From: Xylographa opegraphella
Lineage: Eukaryota
Assembly: GCA_022813865.1 (NCBI GenBank)
Contig: JALDZX010000066.1
Span: 1-64,000, forward strand
Direction of reading: 5' to 3'
Length of the DNA: 64,000 bases
In this document: piece after piece, positions 1-13,214 of the stretch
Layout: every line of letters starts with the position of its first letter
Position numbering within the stretch: position 1 is the stretch's first letter
The notes under the pieces: generated by a model
What the model was told of the DNA's origin: nothing
The model's database searches: none
The model's input: the letters and a program-made list of their open reading frames with translations, nothing else
Translations under genes and position numbers: made by a program

Positions 1-65
1 GGGGGGGATGGTTTTGGGGAATGGATGAACGGATTGGGGCTGACTCGTGCTGGGGACTACTGTAG

Positions 66-223
66 TCATCGCGTTGATCCTCACCATCACGAACACGGTA
101 GCTTTTTCGCGCTGCGATCGCTTCAGCCAGGCGGCCGATTTGGCGTCGAGGGTCGGCTATTCGGGCGGGTTGGCGAGGAATATTGCCGGGGGGTTGTTTA
201 GCAGGTTGTTTACGCGCTCGTGA
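66..223 (+). CDS. TVP23: Golgi membrane protein TVP23 (DUF846/FAM18), terminal exon only; gene begins upstream of the window
   Basis: Branch site GCTGAC near 39-44 and TAG acceptor at 63-65, then (V)[51 protein letters not shown], which matches my recollection of the fungal Tvp23 C-terminus. Too short for the ORF track. Confidence 0.8.
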
Positions 224-998
224 GGTGGTGAGGAGGGTGGAGGGCGGAGGGGCGGCTGCTGGTGTGGGATACATGGGAAGGGGAAGGAGCGGAGAAGAGG
301 ACATGAGCCGATGGGCGCAGCCGCCGAGTCCGGCGCTGTGGGAACCCGTTGTACGATATACAGTAGCCTCGGAAAAGTTTCTTCGCAGCGCAGGGTGGAG
401 CTGCGGGGGGGGGGGTCATAGCCAGCTGTGGTTGTTGGTAGGCGCGCCGAGCTCTAGGGACTTCTGCCTCGCAGGGAGGGACGGGCGCGTTTTTAGTCAT
501 GCAATTAAGGCTTTCATCATGGCCTGCCTTCTCTCGTGCACCTATTGAACATCGAACCTCTGTCCTTCCACGTGATGCCGGCAGGGTGGGGGGTGTAAGT
601 GGTATGATAGGATAGTGGCAACGGGGGACAGAAGAGGGCTGTACGACGGCGGCGAAAGGGGAGGCGCGTGGAACCGAGTCGAAAACGGCGTTTGAGACAA
701 CATCTGCACTCTACATGCCCAATCGTAGGTACCAAAGTGCACAAGCACGCGAAGAGCGAGAACGAAGCGAAATCCACACCTGTAGAATTCGATATCATAC
801 ATACACAAAAAGCCCAGACACAAAAAGGGTATCAATCAACCACCATGCCCCCGGCACATAAAATCCCCCCAAGGCGTGCCGCAGCACCAACCGTTCCGCT
901 GACCAGATCGCCAATCTGCACCGGCAGGATGCCCATATGCCCCTGAGATAAAAGGAACTAAGAAAATTCCCCAGCACTGGTGCCCATGCTGGGATTCG

Positions 999-1021
999 CG
1001 AAACATGCCGAAACATGCCGA
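999..1021. repeat. 10-bp tandem duplication (CGAAACATGC)x2.3 downstream of the DSF2-like gene
   Basis: Read directly: cgaaacatgc cgaaacatgc cga. Confidence 0.8.
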
Positions 1022-1174
1022 GACTCCGGAGATGCGAAATGGTATCAAATGCTGCGAGCGGCTCCGTCAAGGTAGCCGTCGTTGCGGGTCAAGAAGAAAG
1101 GGAATATAGGCATTAGAGATTAAGGGACTGGCTGGCACTACGTCCACGTGGAGTGCGTTAAAGAGCGTGAAGAT

Positions 1175-3572
1175 TTAGACGTTGGACTTCTTTCGGCCGA
1201 AGAGGGTTCGCGTCCGCGATTTGTCGCGGGATTTCTTCTCCGTAGGATTGCTGTTCGCGGCACGCCCCGATCGATCATTGGAGTCGTCTGCGTATTTGGT
1301 TTTATAGATCCTGAGGAAAATGTCAATGTTCGTGTCCGGAGACATCAAAGGAGGTTGAGGTGAAACCATACCAGCTATTCCCAACCATACTCATGCCCTT
1401 CGCTTCCGCCTTTCGATAGTAATTCGCCGCCTTCTTGAGGTCTTTTTTGCAGCCGACGCCTTTAGCGTAGCAGAAGCCAGCTTCTGCCATCGCATCCGCG
1501 TCACCCCAGTCAGAAGCGATCTCGAAGCACCTCAATGCCAATGCCTTGTCTTGTTCGGTACCCCAACCATTCATATGGCTGACGCCAAGCTCGTACACGC
1601 TGAGTGCGAATTGCGCTCTCCGGGTCTTTCGTTCCGTCACGTCAACCTGCCCACCGCGGTCGGAGCGTTCGTCATTATGATCCAGCTCGATTGAGCTATC
1701 CATGGCTTTGCGTAACCACTTGACCCCTTCTTCGGGATTTTGTCGCATACCCCAACCATGGCGACATGCCAATGCATAAAGAAGCATGGCGGTGGCGTTG
1801 TTCTGCCTGGCGGCTATCCGAAGGTGGTATGTAGATTCTTTCAGAGAGCCTCGCTCATGACAGTCGATGCCTTTGGTCAGATGGTCTTCTGCCGTCATCT
1901 CCGTGGAAGGAGCTGAACTTCGTTGAGGCGCTTTGATCGTACTACCCGAGTTCATTGATGTCATGGAGTATCGATGCTGATCCCCCAGACTTGGTGTAGC
2001 AGGTGGTCTCATGGATCGATATTCGTTGTAGTCCGCGGATGGGCGTTGTGAGGATTCTAGGGACGGTCTCAGGCTATTCGAATCCGCAGAAGCACGTTCC
2101 GATGACTCAGGGACAGACCTGGAGTCGGCCGATTCAATAGATACGCGTTCATGCATTCCCAGTGCCTGCCTGTCGCTTTCGATAGAATGAGGTGGTGTAG
2201 GGAGAGACGAGTTGTTGGGCAATGCTGATGATCCTGGCGAAGCTGCGTTGGTTCGATTTTGCGATTGTTCCCAGTCGGATACCGGTGTCATCTGGTCCAA
2301 GTGCATGGAGTCTCTTCCGAGCATTCTACCACGAGGGAGCGAATACTTTGCATAGATGTATGAAGGCACCGCAGGTATCTGTTGTTCTTTCGAACCAAAA
2401 AATCCCTCGTTCTCAAATGAGGCTGGAGTCTGCGTTCCATCTTCCTCTGTGAAAATTTGTATCTGGCTTTCAGAAGATGGTTGGCCGAAGGAAAGCTCCG
2501 TCGACGGGCGGCTGTCGGAGGATGCTTGTCGAGATGGGTATTCTATCGAAGGCCCACGATCCAAGGATGCTTGTTGGGAAGGAAACTCCATTGAAGGCTG
2601 GGTGCTTCTGCTCAGAGGCCGGGAGAAATTGAGAGCAGGTCGACTCAGTCGACCACTGCTGACTGACATCTCGGAATGTGCTGACGGAGATCGACCATGA
2701 GCTGCGTTGAAAGGCGAGAGGGGGGACTGCGGCATTGATACACCACTACTGGAAGAGAGTTTGCGGTTTTGCGAGATAGACGAACCGGAAGTCGATCGAG
2801 GGTTCTCATCATCCGAACTGTCCATAGGTATCGAACGGACACTAGGCGTCTGGCGGGCGAAGGGCGGATTCGGTGGTTGTAAGGATTGCGAGTAGCGCCC
2901 TCTTGACGACGTCGATTCAATCGAAAGGTCTCGCGTCAACTCGGTCGCACGATGTAATGAATCGAAGCTACTCTGGGATCTTTCAACGGATGATTGGTCG
3001 CTAGACTCCATACTCTTTCGCAGAGGTTCTGGTGATTGGGCACGTACGGCACCAAAATAGTCTCCCTGAACTTGAGGACGATATTCCGTTGGTGTCTGAA
3101 ATGATTGATCGTGGGCCAAGGGGGACGGCGATGGGGACTGTCCACTGTGGATTGAGGGTACTCCGCTCATCCTAGGGTAGAACGATCTTGGCCGAAAAGC
3201 CGGGGACTCGACCTCCATTCTATTCCCATGAATTTGTTCTAGTACCGTGTTGTTGTCATCAGCTTTGGCATCTCCACCTTGCTGGGTAGACAGTGACCGA
3301 AAGTAGCCGGGTCTTTGCTTCGCCAGGGAGTCGGCTACGGTAAGCGGTGGAAGTCGACTGGCTCGACGGCCGTTTGTCTTACTCTTCTCCAACTTTCTGG
3401 CCAGCAGTAGACTCTGCATCGCAAAGGCATCCAACGGGGACATGGCGGGAGGCACATCGCCGGCAACATGGTGGATACGTGGTGATGGCTGTGAGCCTGG
3501 CGACGTCGTTCCAGAAGTGCCCCCTCCATCTGTATGCGACCTCAAGTCGATGTATGTAGGTCGATGAGCCAT
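1175..3572 (-). CDS. DSF2: Sel1-like repeat protein, DSF2/Nif1 (mitotic inhibitor) family; exons 3572-1372 and 1310-1175
   Basis: Long Ser/Pro-rich N-terminus, then Sel1 repeats (ALACRHGWG, YELGVSHMNGWG, EAGFCYAKGVGCKKDLKKAA). Intron 1311-1371 (GTATGG..CAG) restores MVGNSW|IYKTKY...KKSNV*. Confidence 0.85.
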
Positions 3573-5989
3573 AGTAGAGAAGGTTGTGCGGGATGCGCAA
3601 TCGGAGGAAGTCAGCTACAGTCCACGTTCCTCAAGCTTGCAGTATAGTAATATTTCATGCGACTGGAGACTCTGCGACGATCTCCACGGTAGACTGTTGA
3701 CTGTGCCGACGGTACGACGTGAGACGTGTGTGCGTGGTGGTGTACCTGCACGATGTGGCGGGCAATGCTTGACCTTCGGCTCTCCTCTGGAGGCTCAATC
3801 AGCAACGTACATCGAAGGCTGGCCGTTGTCGTGTTGGTGCTGACATAGATTCATGCGCGTCGTCGTCCGAGAGCCTGAAGTCGGTCGTATACGTGTATTG
3901 ACTCCGGGCGATGAGGCTGAATGGCGATGAGCACACGACTTCGAATACCGGAGATTGAAGCACGAGGTTGGACTGGATTCTCGGTCGACAGGAGAGGCAA
4001 CGATGAACGTGGGTGATTTGGTGCTACCGACCCCAGCCAATCGCGTTGGGTCTCTCCCTTAGCTAATCATTTAGCGCCTGTCGACCGTCGGGGCATCGGT
4101 GAGCTGCATTATGGATTTATTGGAGGCTTTGGGGCGAAGTTCTACGCGATCGGGACGTGTCCAGGGTGCCTCAAGCAAGGACTTCACGAGTGGTGGTGTA
4201 CTACAGTCCGAAGCAATATGGATAGCTTCCAGGTGGAGGATATGGCACCGTCGTTCCCATTAGGTAATTAGGGCTCACCATTCAAAGATTTCGAACTGCT
4301 TTTTTAGAATACCACGCCAGACTACATCGAGCCTAGGTCCCAAGATGTGGCCTTGGCGGTCCCGGTGGCGGCCGTTGCAAAAGGGGCGGTTTCAACCCAT
4401 ACCCCAGCACAGACTAGATTCTTCCTCGGTGAACATTGGGAGCAAAGTGGTTCTTCCTTCGATATTCGCTGGTCGCTGTCATGGCAAAGCCCTCGTGCTG
4501 AACTCGAAAGCTCACGTGCCGTGCTCAATCGGGTCCTCACAAGCATGTTTCGTTGTAGGTAGGTAACTGTGATTGTGAAGAAATCCTCTTGTTCATGACA
4601 TGCTTTTTGTACACGCTCGCAATGGCTCCTTTATTCAATCTCGTGTACCACTCCCACCCCCGGCCCATGACGGGTACTCAATCCAAAATCTACGATGTTC
4701 GAGGCTTCATCCCAAATGTCTACAGGGGAGGTTGTGCTTGTGATGAAGATGGCCAAGTCGGCACTGAATGATGGTGATTGTGCTCTTCTCCTGTTCTTTC
4801 TACCTTCCTGAGTGGGACTACTCGTCGGTTCGAAAAGGACCATCCCACCTGTATCCATTTTGGCTGTCGCTGTCAGGCACAAAGACCAGACCCCATCGTC
4901 CCACCGACAGTTTCGGGATACACATCGTGTGTAAATCCTCGATGATCGACAACGGAGGTAAGTAAAACGCATCCTCCTCAAAACCGGCGTCCGTGTCTAT
5001 CGCCAAGCAAGTCGATTCTCTCTTCTGAACCACATATTCCTGGTAAACTCGCCGTCAATAACTCTGTACGTATCGGAGCCACCAAGCGTTTTGGCCAATC
5101 CAGCGATCGCAGACGACCAGAGAACTGAGTGTAATCACAACCTGGCTGAGCTGTCATGTCCACTTTCCCCATACAATGCCGTGCCATATTTGAGTGCTCG
5201 AGGTGACAGAAGCCTTCACTGCAATACCCAAGCTCTTTCGGCCAGAGGAGTTGCGCCATGTGCATCGGGCACACCATCGGCTTCGGAGACAGGAGACGCA
5301 AAAGTGTTGACATTCATTCTGAAGTATGAAAATGTAACTCGAAGCGTGTAGGCCGTTTCTGGTAATGGCAGAACTCATGGCCGACACAGTTTAGATTCAA
5401 TGGAGCACCTCCTTATTTGTACCACTTCCCTGAACGGTAGATATAGATTAAATGCACTGCCAGTATTGCGTCCTTTCAAGTGCCTGATAACTCCAAGATC
5501 ATTGTCACGTGATATACAACGATAATGTGAGGAGCAATCCACTGAATTGCCACGATACTCAGTAAGTTTCTGGTTTCTAGTTTGCAAATTCATCATTCAG
5601 CACCCGGCGTTTCTCACTAATGCTCCTCGCAGCAACAAACAATCTACACTACACGTAGCTGGAGCCTTTGAAGAGCGATGTGCTGGTGTCAGACAAGGGT
5701 TGCATCCCGTCTTTAGCTGGAGGTAAGCACTAACAGCCATTGCTTGCATGACGAGAGATATCAGTGCATGGTTTCCCCACAGTTTCACAAGTAGCTCGTC
5801 AGCCGTGACAGCTGATCCATATCTGATCCTCATCAATGGTCCCTGCGCCAGTGGCCCAGGAGCTCATTGGTCCTTCGCTTTCGATCGGCTTCGAGAATGC
5901 AAACATTCACGTGCATAAGCCTTGATCGGCGAGCAGGATGGTGATGCATCTACCTGCGGTACGACCACCCCAAAGAAGGACGGACATGT

Positions 5990-6004
5990 GCGGGGATCCG
6001 AAGG
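5990..6004 (+). promoter_or_regulatory. Putative AmyR-type site CGG-N8-AGG overlapped by a CreA site (GCGGGG), ~200 bp upstream of the sugar permease
   Basis: Sequence gCGGggatccgaAGG fits CGG-N8-(C/A)GG and SYGGRG. Both motifs are short, so a chance match is possible. Confidence 0.4.
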
Positions 6005-6199
6005 ATGAGATGAGGAGGTTCTCATGTTTCGCGAGGATGTGGTGGATCAACCTCTCTGATCTTGGAACCTGTTGCACTCCAATTCTAGAAAACGATCATC
6101 TGCTGTTGTACTTGTTTCTTCACAACTGATTCCTTTCGTTTCGCACTCTCCCTGGCTCAAGGTAAGAAGCTGTCCACAATACCAGCTTCATCAACAGCT

Positions 6200-7919
6200 A
6201 TGGCGGCCCCCAAGGATGACCCCGACATCGTCAAGGCTCTCGACGTCTCTCACATCGAATCCGTCGGCGTCGACGAGAAGCTTCACGGCTCCAAGCTGAC
6301 CGAGTATGCCAAGACTGGAGCCGGTATCGAGCATCATATGGCTCCTTGGGAGGCTGTGAAGACTTATCCAATGGCGATATTCTGGGCGGTTCTGGTGTCC
6401 ATGTGTGTAGTCATGGAGGGATATGACACCATACTCATTGGCAACTTCTTCGCCTATCCGACCTTTGCGCAGAAGTATGGCACTCTGGTCCCCGGCTCGG
6501 GCTACCAACTGACAGCCCCTTGGCAAGCGGGTGTGAGCGATGCCTCCGGTGTGGGTGCTTTCTTTGGTGCACTTGCCAATGGTTATCTTGTTACCTGGCT
6601 GGGCCACAAGCGTGTCCTTCTTGGTTCGCTGGTTGCATTGTCGTGCTTCATCTTCATGACGTTCTTTGCCCCAGACATAGGAGTGTTGACTGCTGGAGAA
6701 TTCCTCTGTGGCCTCCCATGGGGAATCTTCGCTACTGTGGCACCCGCCTACGCCTCGGAAGTTTTACCGTTATCCCTCAGGGTGTATCTTACGAGTTATA
6801 CAAACATGTGTTTCATTATCGGTCAACTGATTGCGGCTGGCGTACTCGATGGACTGCTCCAATTAACCAACGAGTGGTCTTACCGCGTCCCCTTCGCCTT
6901 ACAGTGGTTCTGGCCGGCTTTCCTCTTCCCCGTCTTACTGTTCATGCCCGAATCCCCCTGGCATCTGGTTCGGAAGGGTCGCTTGGAAGACGCGGAGAAG
7001 TCTCTCATCAGGCTTCAACGGAGATCAGCTAATATCGATCCAAAGGCAACCCTGGCAACGATTGTGCACACGAATAACCTCGAACAAGAACTATCCACCG
7101 GGACCTCGTACTGGGATTGCTTCAAAGGCACCGAGCGTCGCCGAACAGAGATTGCATGTGTCTGCTTCGCCGGCCAAATCCTCGCCGGGTTGAACTTTGC
7201 ATACAATTCTACGTACTTCTTCCAGCAGGTCGGGCTGAATACCTCGGAGACTTATAAGCTCAATGTTGGCGGGACGGCGATGGCCTTGTTCGGCACGATC
7301 GTCTCGTGGTTCTGCATTATGCCGTACGTGGGTCGCCGGACAATTTACATCTGGGGCATGTCCACGATGGCAATCATTTTGTACGTGATCGGTTTCTTGA
7401 ACATCGACACACGCAATGAGTCGGTGGCTACAGCTCAAGCGGTCTTGACCTTGATCTGGACCTTCGTCTTCCAACTCTCCGTCGGCCAACTAGTAAGTCC
7501 AGTCTCCTTCGCATCCAACCCATCCATCCATAATCCACACCGGCCTCTCTGACACCCACCCAAAGGGCTGGGCACTCCCCGCCGAAATGGGCTCGACTCG
7601 ACTCCGCCAAAAGACCGTCTGCCTGGCGCGCAACTCGTACTACATCGCCAGCACGATCGGCCAGGTGCTGGAACCGTATTTCCTCAACCCCACCGAATGG
7701 AACCTGCGCGGCTACACCGGCTTCTTCTGGGCCGGCACCGCAACCGCGGTCGTCGTCTGGGCCTACTTCCGCCTTCCCGAGACGAAGGGCCGCTCGTTCG
7801 ACGACATCGACTTCCTCTTCGCCAAGAAGGTCCCCGCGAGGCAGTTCAAGGGCTACGATGTCGACACCTTTGACGAGGCGGAGACAGCGCGGTTGAGGAG
7901 CCCCCGGTCGGTGGTGTGA
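6200..7919 (+). CDS. MFS sugar porter, maltose/alpha-glucoside:H+ permease-like; exons 6200-7492 and 7566-7919
   Basis: Hydrophobic multi-TM profile with MEGYD, APAYASE, PESPWHL and PETKGR motifs. Intron 7493-7565 (GTAAGT..CTGAC..AAG) joins QLSVGQL|GWALPAEMGSTRLR. Confidence 0.92.
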
Positions 7920-8441
7920 CGGGGACGTGGGTGGTCCGCGTGTATTGCGCACCGGTGTGGGGGATCAGTGGCTGGGGATTTGGCGCTCGACGGACTGCGT
8001 ATCAGACTCGGAGTCCCGTGAGACTCTGAGTCGGTTTGCACGGACAGAGCGGGCCACCCTAAGATCTGCTGCATCCAATGCGAATCGTCTGGGCTTCAGC
8101 GTTACCGATGCATGTATCTCTCGCAGATATCTTTGGGCACACACCACCAGCATACCGCCCTATCCGGACCTCGTCCCCCATTCTCCTGTCTACCTCTACT
8201 ATTCCACGCCCCTCACTCCACGCTGAAACCCATCGTGGCAGGCATCCATCAAAACACATTTCCCCATAATCCCCACATCCCCTTCCCAAGCCCGAGCCAC
8301 CAGCGCAACACAACCCTCCCTCCACTCTACCAACCTTCCAACCCCGTCCCGCCCTACCCTCTCCTCCCATCTCCCACATCCGCCTTGCCGTATCCACAAG
8401 ACTAATACCCCCCCCTCCTACCCTCCTCCCGGAAACATCAC

Positions 8442-11194
8442 TCACTCCCTGCGCACCTCCCTCGCGACCGCATTGCACAGCTCGACCCGCACGCCCGCGC
8501 CCATGAGCACATTGATCCACAGCCTCTGCGTATCGCTCAGCCGATCATTCTCGCTCTTGACCTCGGCGAAGCAGACCTCGCCCCCACCTCGGCCGTCCTC
8601 GCGCCACAGGAACAGATCCGGCACGCCGCCGCCGCGCTGGGCGTACTCCTGCGCCATGACCATGCAGACGGCGCTCAGGGCCTCGCCGCGGAAGCAGCGG
8701 ACGATTTGCTGCAGGTCGTCGAGGGGGTAGGCCCAGTCGATGCCGACGATGCAGGTCTTGTCCGCGGCGTGGCGGTCGTAGGAGGCGAGCAGGAGGGCGG
8801 GGCCGTCGCCGTTGGCGAGGGCGGCGAGGCGGTGCGCGATGAGGGAGTGGCGGGCGGGGAAGAAGGCGTCGGTGTGAAGGTCGAGGGGGGAGGTTTGGTA
8901 CGGGGTTTGGAAGACGTTGGGGAGGTAGGTGAAGAGGATGTCGGAGAAGAGGTGGCCGAACTGTTTTGGTTGATATTGTCAATGCTCAAGGTCTTGATAT
9001 GGGGAGGCAAGCGGGAGGGGGAGTCACTTACCAGAGTGCGTACGATCCCGCCTTCGGAGTGGTAGCCCTTCCAGCCCTGGTCGCGGTACCAGCTGAGGCA
9101 CATAGCTTCGACGCTGCATTCGCCACCGCCTTCGCGCTCATCCACCCAGATGGTCTTGCCACCTCTCCGGGGCACGGCGTCACTGGCTCTTCGGGTGCGG
9201 TTTCGGCTCAAAGAGCGGTCCCGCTCGATGCGGATACCTTCGACGTAGCACTCAAAGGGCTTCACGAGAGTCACATGGCCGAAATCGTGTTGCTGCCGCT
9301 TTGGCACTTTCAACGCTTTCTCCAGCTTGACGACTCGTTTCTGCAGATCGTAGTGGTAGATCAGATGGCATTCTCGATCTTGGAGACCCTCTTCGCAGGT
9401 CAGAAGGGCGATGCGTTTCCAGTATTTCTTTTGCACTTCGTCGCTTCTGCCGTCGCTGGATTCAAGCGCCCACATGTAGTGCTCTTCTAAGAGTGCTTTA
9501 CGCTGGTACCATGCTCCACGCCTGGCTTCGTGGAAGAGATGCTGGGCAAGAAGCTCGACAAGTAGTTGATGCTCACGCTTATGTTCTTTAAAGCGAGCTA
9601 GAGGGTAGAGACCCTTATGTATGATCCGTGTATATACCCACGCTGGCGAAAAGCGTCGAAGGTATGCGCCCTCTCCGGTTTCGTACACACGATCCTCCTT
9701 GAGCTGTTCTTCCGCTACGATGACCTTCCAGCGCGGGTAAACCTCTTCGAAGATACGTTTGACTTTCTCAAGTCCGTCCTTGGTTACTGTGCCATTCATT
9801 TCAAGTATGCTGTCCACTCGAAACTGAGTACGGATGGAGGCTTCAAACTCCAAGAGGGCAGACCGAGATTCGAAAATATTGGTAGAACGAGACACGATAT
9901 ACTCAGGGAATATGCGCCGTGAAATGCGAGCAAGGATAATCGTGGTCAAAGACTTCTCGGACCACTCAGTAGAACGGTAAAACACCAGATGAACACGTTC
10001 GAATAGTTTAAGTGGTGCAGCCGACAGCCGAATACATGGACCTGTATCTGCAAGGATTTTGCGTACAAAGTGCGAGTCACGGTTGATCGCACCTCCAGGG
10101 CGGACACTACATTCACTTATTTCATCCTGATCGATACTTGCAACATCTGACTTGACAGATTCTTCAGTTTCTGATCGCTTCAGCCCTCCCCATCCGATGC
10201 CACTTTGTCTCTGACTTGTCCGTCTGAAGGCTTGGAGAAGCTCCTTCTTATTCTTGCCCTGAACTTTGGCGTCCTTGGCGATAGCTTTCAGCTCACCCAG
10301 CTTCAGTAAGCTTGAAGCCTCCTCAAGTGTGGTTATATGATCAGTAGATCTGTCCGCAAAGGTGAATGAGCCAGCAAGCAAAGAGTCTACTGGAGGTTCA
10401 AGTTCTCCTGGGTTCACTTGAAGCACTGCGGAAGACTCGGGAAGTGCGTGATTTTTAAATAGGTCTGCAGCCGCAGCTGGTATATCTGCAATATCTCCAT
10501 AATAGCCAAGGCGGTTGATCCGATGCCATGCCGCTGTCTTACGAAGAAAGAGGCGTACATATCTTTGACGCGCGTAAGTATCGTATAGTATATAGTCTCA
10601 AATTTCGGGCTTCAGTACCTACAGGTATTGTGCTTCATAGCTCAGATTCCTCCATTGCTCGAACACAACAGTCTCAGCCTCGTCGAAGAGATGTCCCTCA
10701 TCTTCCAGGACAGTCTCCAGAGCCAGATTGAAAGCATCAACGTAGATTGAGCTCTTCCCATGAACCCATTTCCGCTGCCCAAGCCTTCCATGCAGATCGG
10801 TAGAAGTCACTTCTTCAGCAGCCCGTGTAGCTTCATATTCCGCGATAGCCTCTTTATCTGTTTTGATTTGGGGCAGCGCACTCTCGAGTTCGGTCTTCCT
10901 CACTGGTAATAAAGAAGGTTCCTCATCCTCATCGGTCTCCGCCTCGGAATCAGGGATTTCTCGGGGTCGTTGTCGTGGTGGCGAAACCGCCCGTATATCT
11001 TCCTCGTCGGAAGCGCCGCGGGACAAGGAGCTATCTGGACTTTCGTGCCTTTTGACCCTCTTTGCTGATGGGGAATCGAAGTCAAGATCGAAATTCGTCG
11101 AAGGAGGATGTGGTATTCTTCGACCTAGCATTCGGTTATGTGAGGAAGATCGCTGCATCTGCAGCACGGTTTGCTTGCCGCTCGATATAGCCAT
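8442..11194 (-). CDS. FAN1: Fanconi-associated nuclease 1 (SAP-TPR-VRR-NUC); exons 11194-10623, 10562-9032, 8960-8442
   Basis: EAQYL|YVRLFLRK, SAP-like LKLGELKAIAK, GWKGYHSEGG, FQTPYQTSPLDL, and VRR-NUC GVPDLFLW...FAEVKSENDRLSDTQRLW. Introns 10563-10622 and 8961-9031. Start codon uncertain. Confidence 0.93.
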
Positions 11195-11533
11195 CTCGTC
11201 TCACCAAAATTTGAACAGTACATGTAAGGTCGTGAGCATGCATCGCCGATCAACTTCCTCCCATCCACTATCTTGACAAAGGACGAGTTCCGCATCCTTG
11301 CCCATTGAAGCTCCTGTATTTAGATTAGCGGGCCTTCCGGGGCTAGCAAGGACCCCGGCACGCCATGCGGGTGATTCGCGTATCAATCTTTCCACTGAAG
11401 CAAGTCTAAAATCTACAATCAAGTCATCCAAATCGCATCTCCTCAACTCCTCCAACATCACCGCGCTGTTACACACCCAGAACCGTCATTCATATCTCCT
11501 TTACCCAACAAACCAGTGCCCCAGAAAACCCCA

Positions 11534-12129
11534 ATGGATCCCCTCAACGCCCCCAGCATACCCAGCGCTCCCTCCCCCTCCCCCAAACCCGAACAACAAG
11601 ACACGCTCATGGCCGACGCAGCCGTACGTCCCCGCCCTCCTTCCCAGCCGCCCCGCTAAACCATCCTCCCCAGCCCTCACCAATCCCCCAGCAGCTCTCC
11701 CCCCTCCCCACCTCCACGACGCCCTATCCCGCGCTCCTCCCACATCCCCCGCCGATCGCACAGGCGCCACAAACATCGCTGCCCCCGCTTGCGCCTCGCA
11801 CTTCCACGCCAGTGCGGAACACCAATGGCGCAGCGGTGCCGGTGCTGGAGCCGATGCCGGCGAAAGCGGCGTCGCATGGGGCGCCGGCGCGGCGGTATCT
11901 GAACGAACGGGTTACCGGAGTGTTGTTGGAGGGGATGAAGAGGTTGGCCAGTGAGCAGTAGGTCGCCTTGTTCCTGAGGATAGAGTCGCTTTACATTTCG
12001 CAGCTGTAAATCTGGGAGGCTCGAGCTGACGAAAGGTTTCCTAGACCCGACGAGCCGCTAAGAGTGCTGGGGGAGTATCTACTACAAAGGAGTAAGGAAT
12101 TAGAAGGAGCGGGAGTTGGCATAGCGTGA
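11534..12129 (+). CDS. SDC1: COMPASS (Set1C) subunit Sdc1/Dpy-30; three exons
   Basis: Dpy-30 motif GAPARRYLNERVTGVLLEGMKRLASEQ|PDEPLRVLGEYLLQRSKELE. Intron 1 starts at 11624 (GTACGT; in-frame acceptors at 11673, 11691 or 11694); intron 2 is 11958-12044. Missed by the ORF track. Confidence 0.88.
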
Positions 12130-12437
12130 TTACGTTCGTTGAATGCTTAGCCTGTGGCATAGCGGCGGAGTTCTGATGGGTTAGGACTTGTGTAGTGTAA
12201 ATCAAATGCGTGAGGTGCTATGTGAGGTGGATTGGATACCCGTGCAATGCTATCAGGAGCGGAAGTTCGATGCTTGGAGGGCAAAGTACCAGCACTTTTC
12301 ACCTCATAGTATGAGACGGAGCACAATGGTGGCAGCCTGAATATATTTCCGAAACCAGCTTGTCTGAGTTGTATGAGGTAGCACAGACTCGATCCACCAA
12401 CACCACCGCATTCTTCATCCTTGTATTCACAAATACT

Positions 12438-13135
12438 TTATGATACCATTGTGCTGGCGGTGGCGCTCTCGTATCTCCATGTTGGGGGAAGGACACCAAC
12501 CGTCTTGTAATATCTTGACAGGCGATGAATACGTGATTCGATCAGGATGAGCCGGAACTTCGAGTCCTTGTCTTTGCGGTTCCGCTCAAGATGCTTCCGG
12601 ACGGCAACGGCCTATAGTTCTTGTCAGAGACGAAGTACATTCGTAGGGGACCAGCATAATGCAAATAACACTATACCTTCTTGATCAACATGTAAAGATC
12701 CTCTGGGATTTCAGGTGCGAGGCCTATCAGGAACAATCACTCCGTCAGTCTGAGACCAAGCAGAGGCATAGTTGCAACGATTTGCGCAGGACGCTTTCCA
12801 AGCTCCTGTGGACAGTGCTCAAGTAAGTTGTATCATACCATTGGACTTGAGGATGCGAAGAATTTTGTTGCCTGTTACAGTTGTCAGTTTACTAATCCAC
12901 TACCTATAGGGACCCTTCGACCGGAATACATACCAGTAACGACCTTGACCTGGGCAATACCGTGAGCATCTCTCAGATTGACACCAATCTGCGAAGGAGT
13001 GGCTCCTTTCTTGGCGAGCTTGCAGATCTGGTCAACAATCTGGTCGGGAGTGGTCTTGAGCCATGCTGGAGGAGTTCGGGAGTAGGGAATGGCGCTGGCC
13101 GATATGCCTTTGCCGTTGCTGTGAAGGCGACCCAT
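12438..13135 (-). CDS. RPS13: 40S ribosomal protein S13 (uS15); exons 13135-12934, 12871-12839, 12723-12677, 12611-12438
   Basis: [18 protein letters not shown]...[88 protein letters not shown]; three canonical introns. Confidence 0.98.
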
Positions 13136-13214
13136 TATTGTTGTTCTTATCTATTGCTGAGGTAGAGACTTCGTGTAGACGCAATTAAGGTAGGTTGTGA
13201 TTGACCTTTGTGGG

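Noticed and set aside
11298..11954. 218-aa Pro-rich ORF
   Set aside because: A different frame overlapping SDC1, kept open by C-rich composition.
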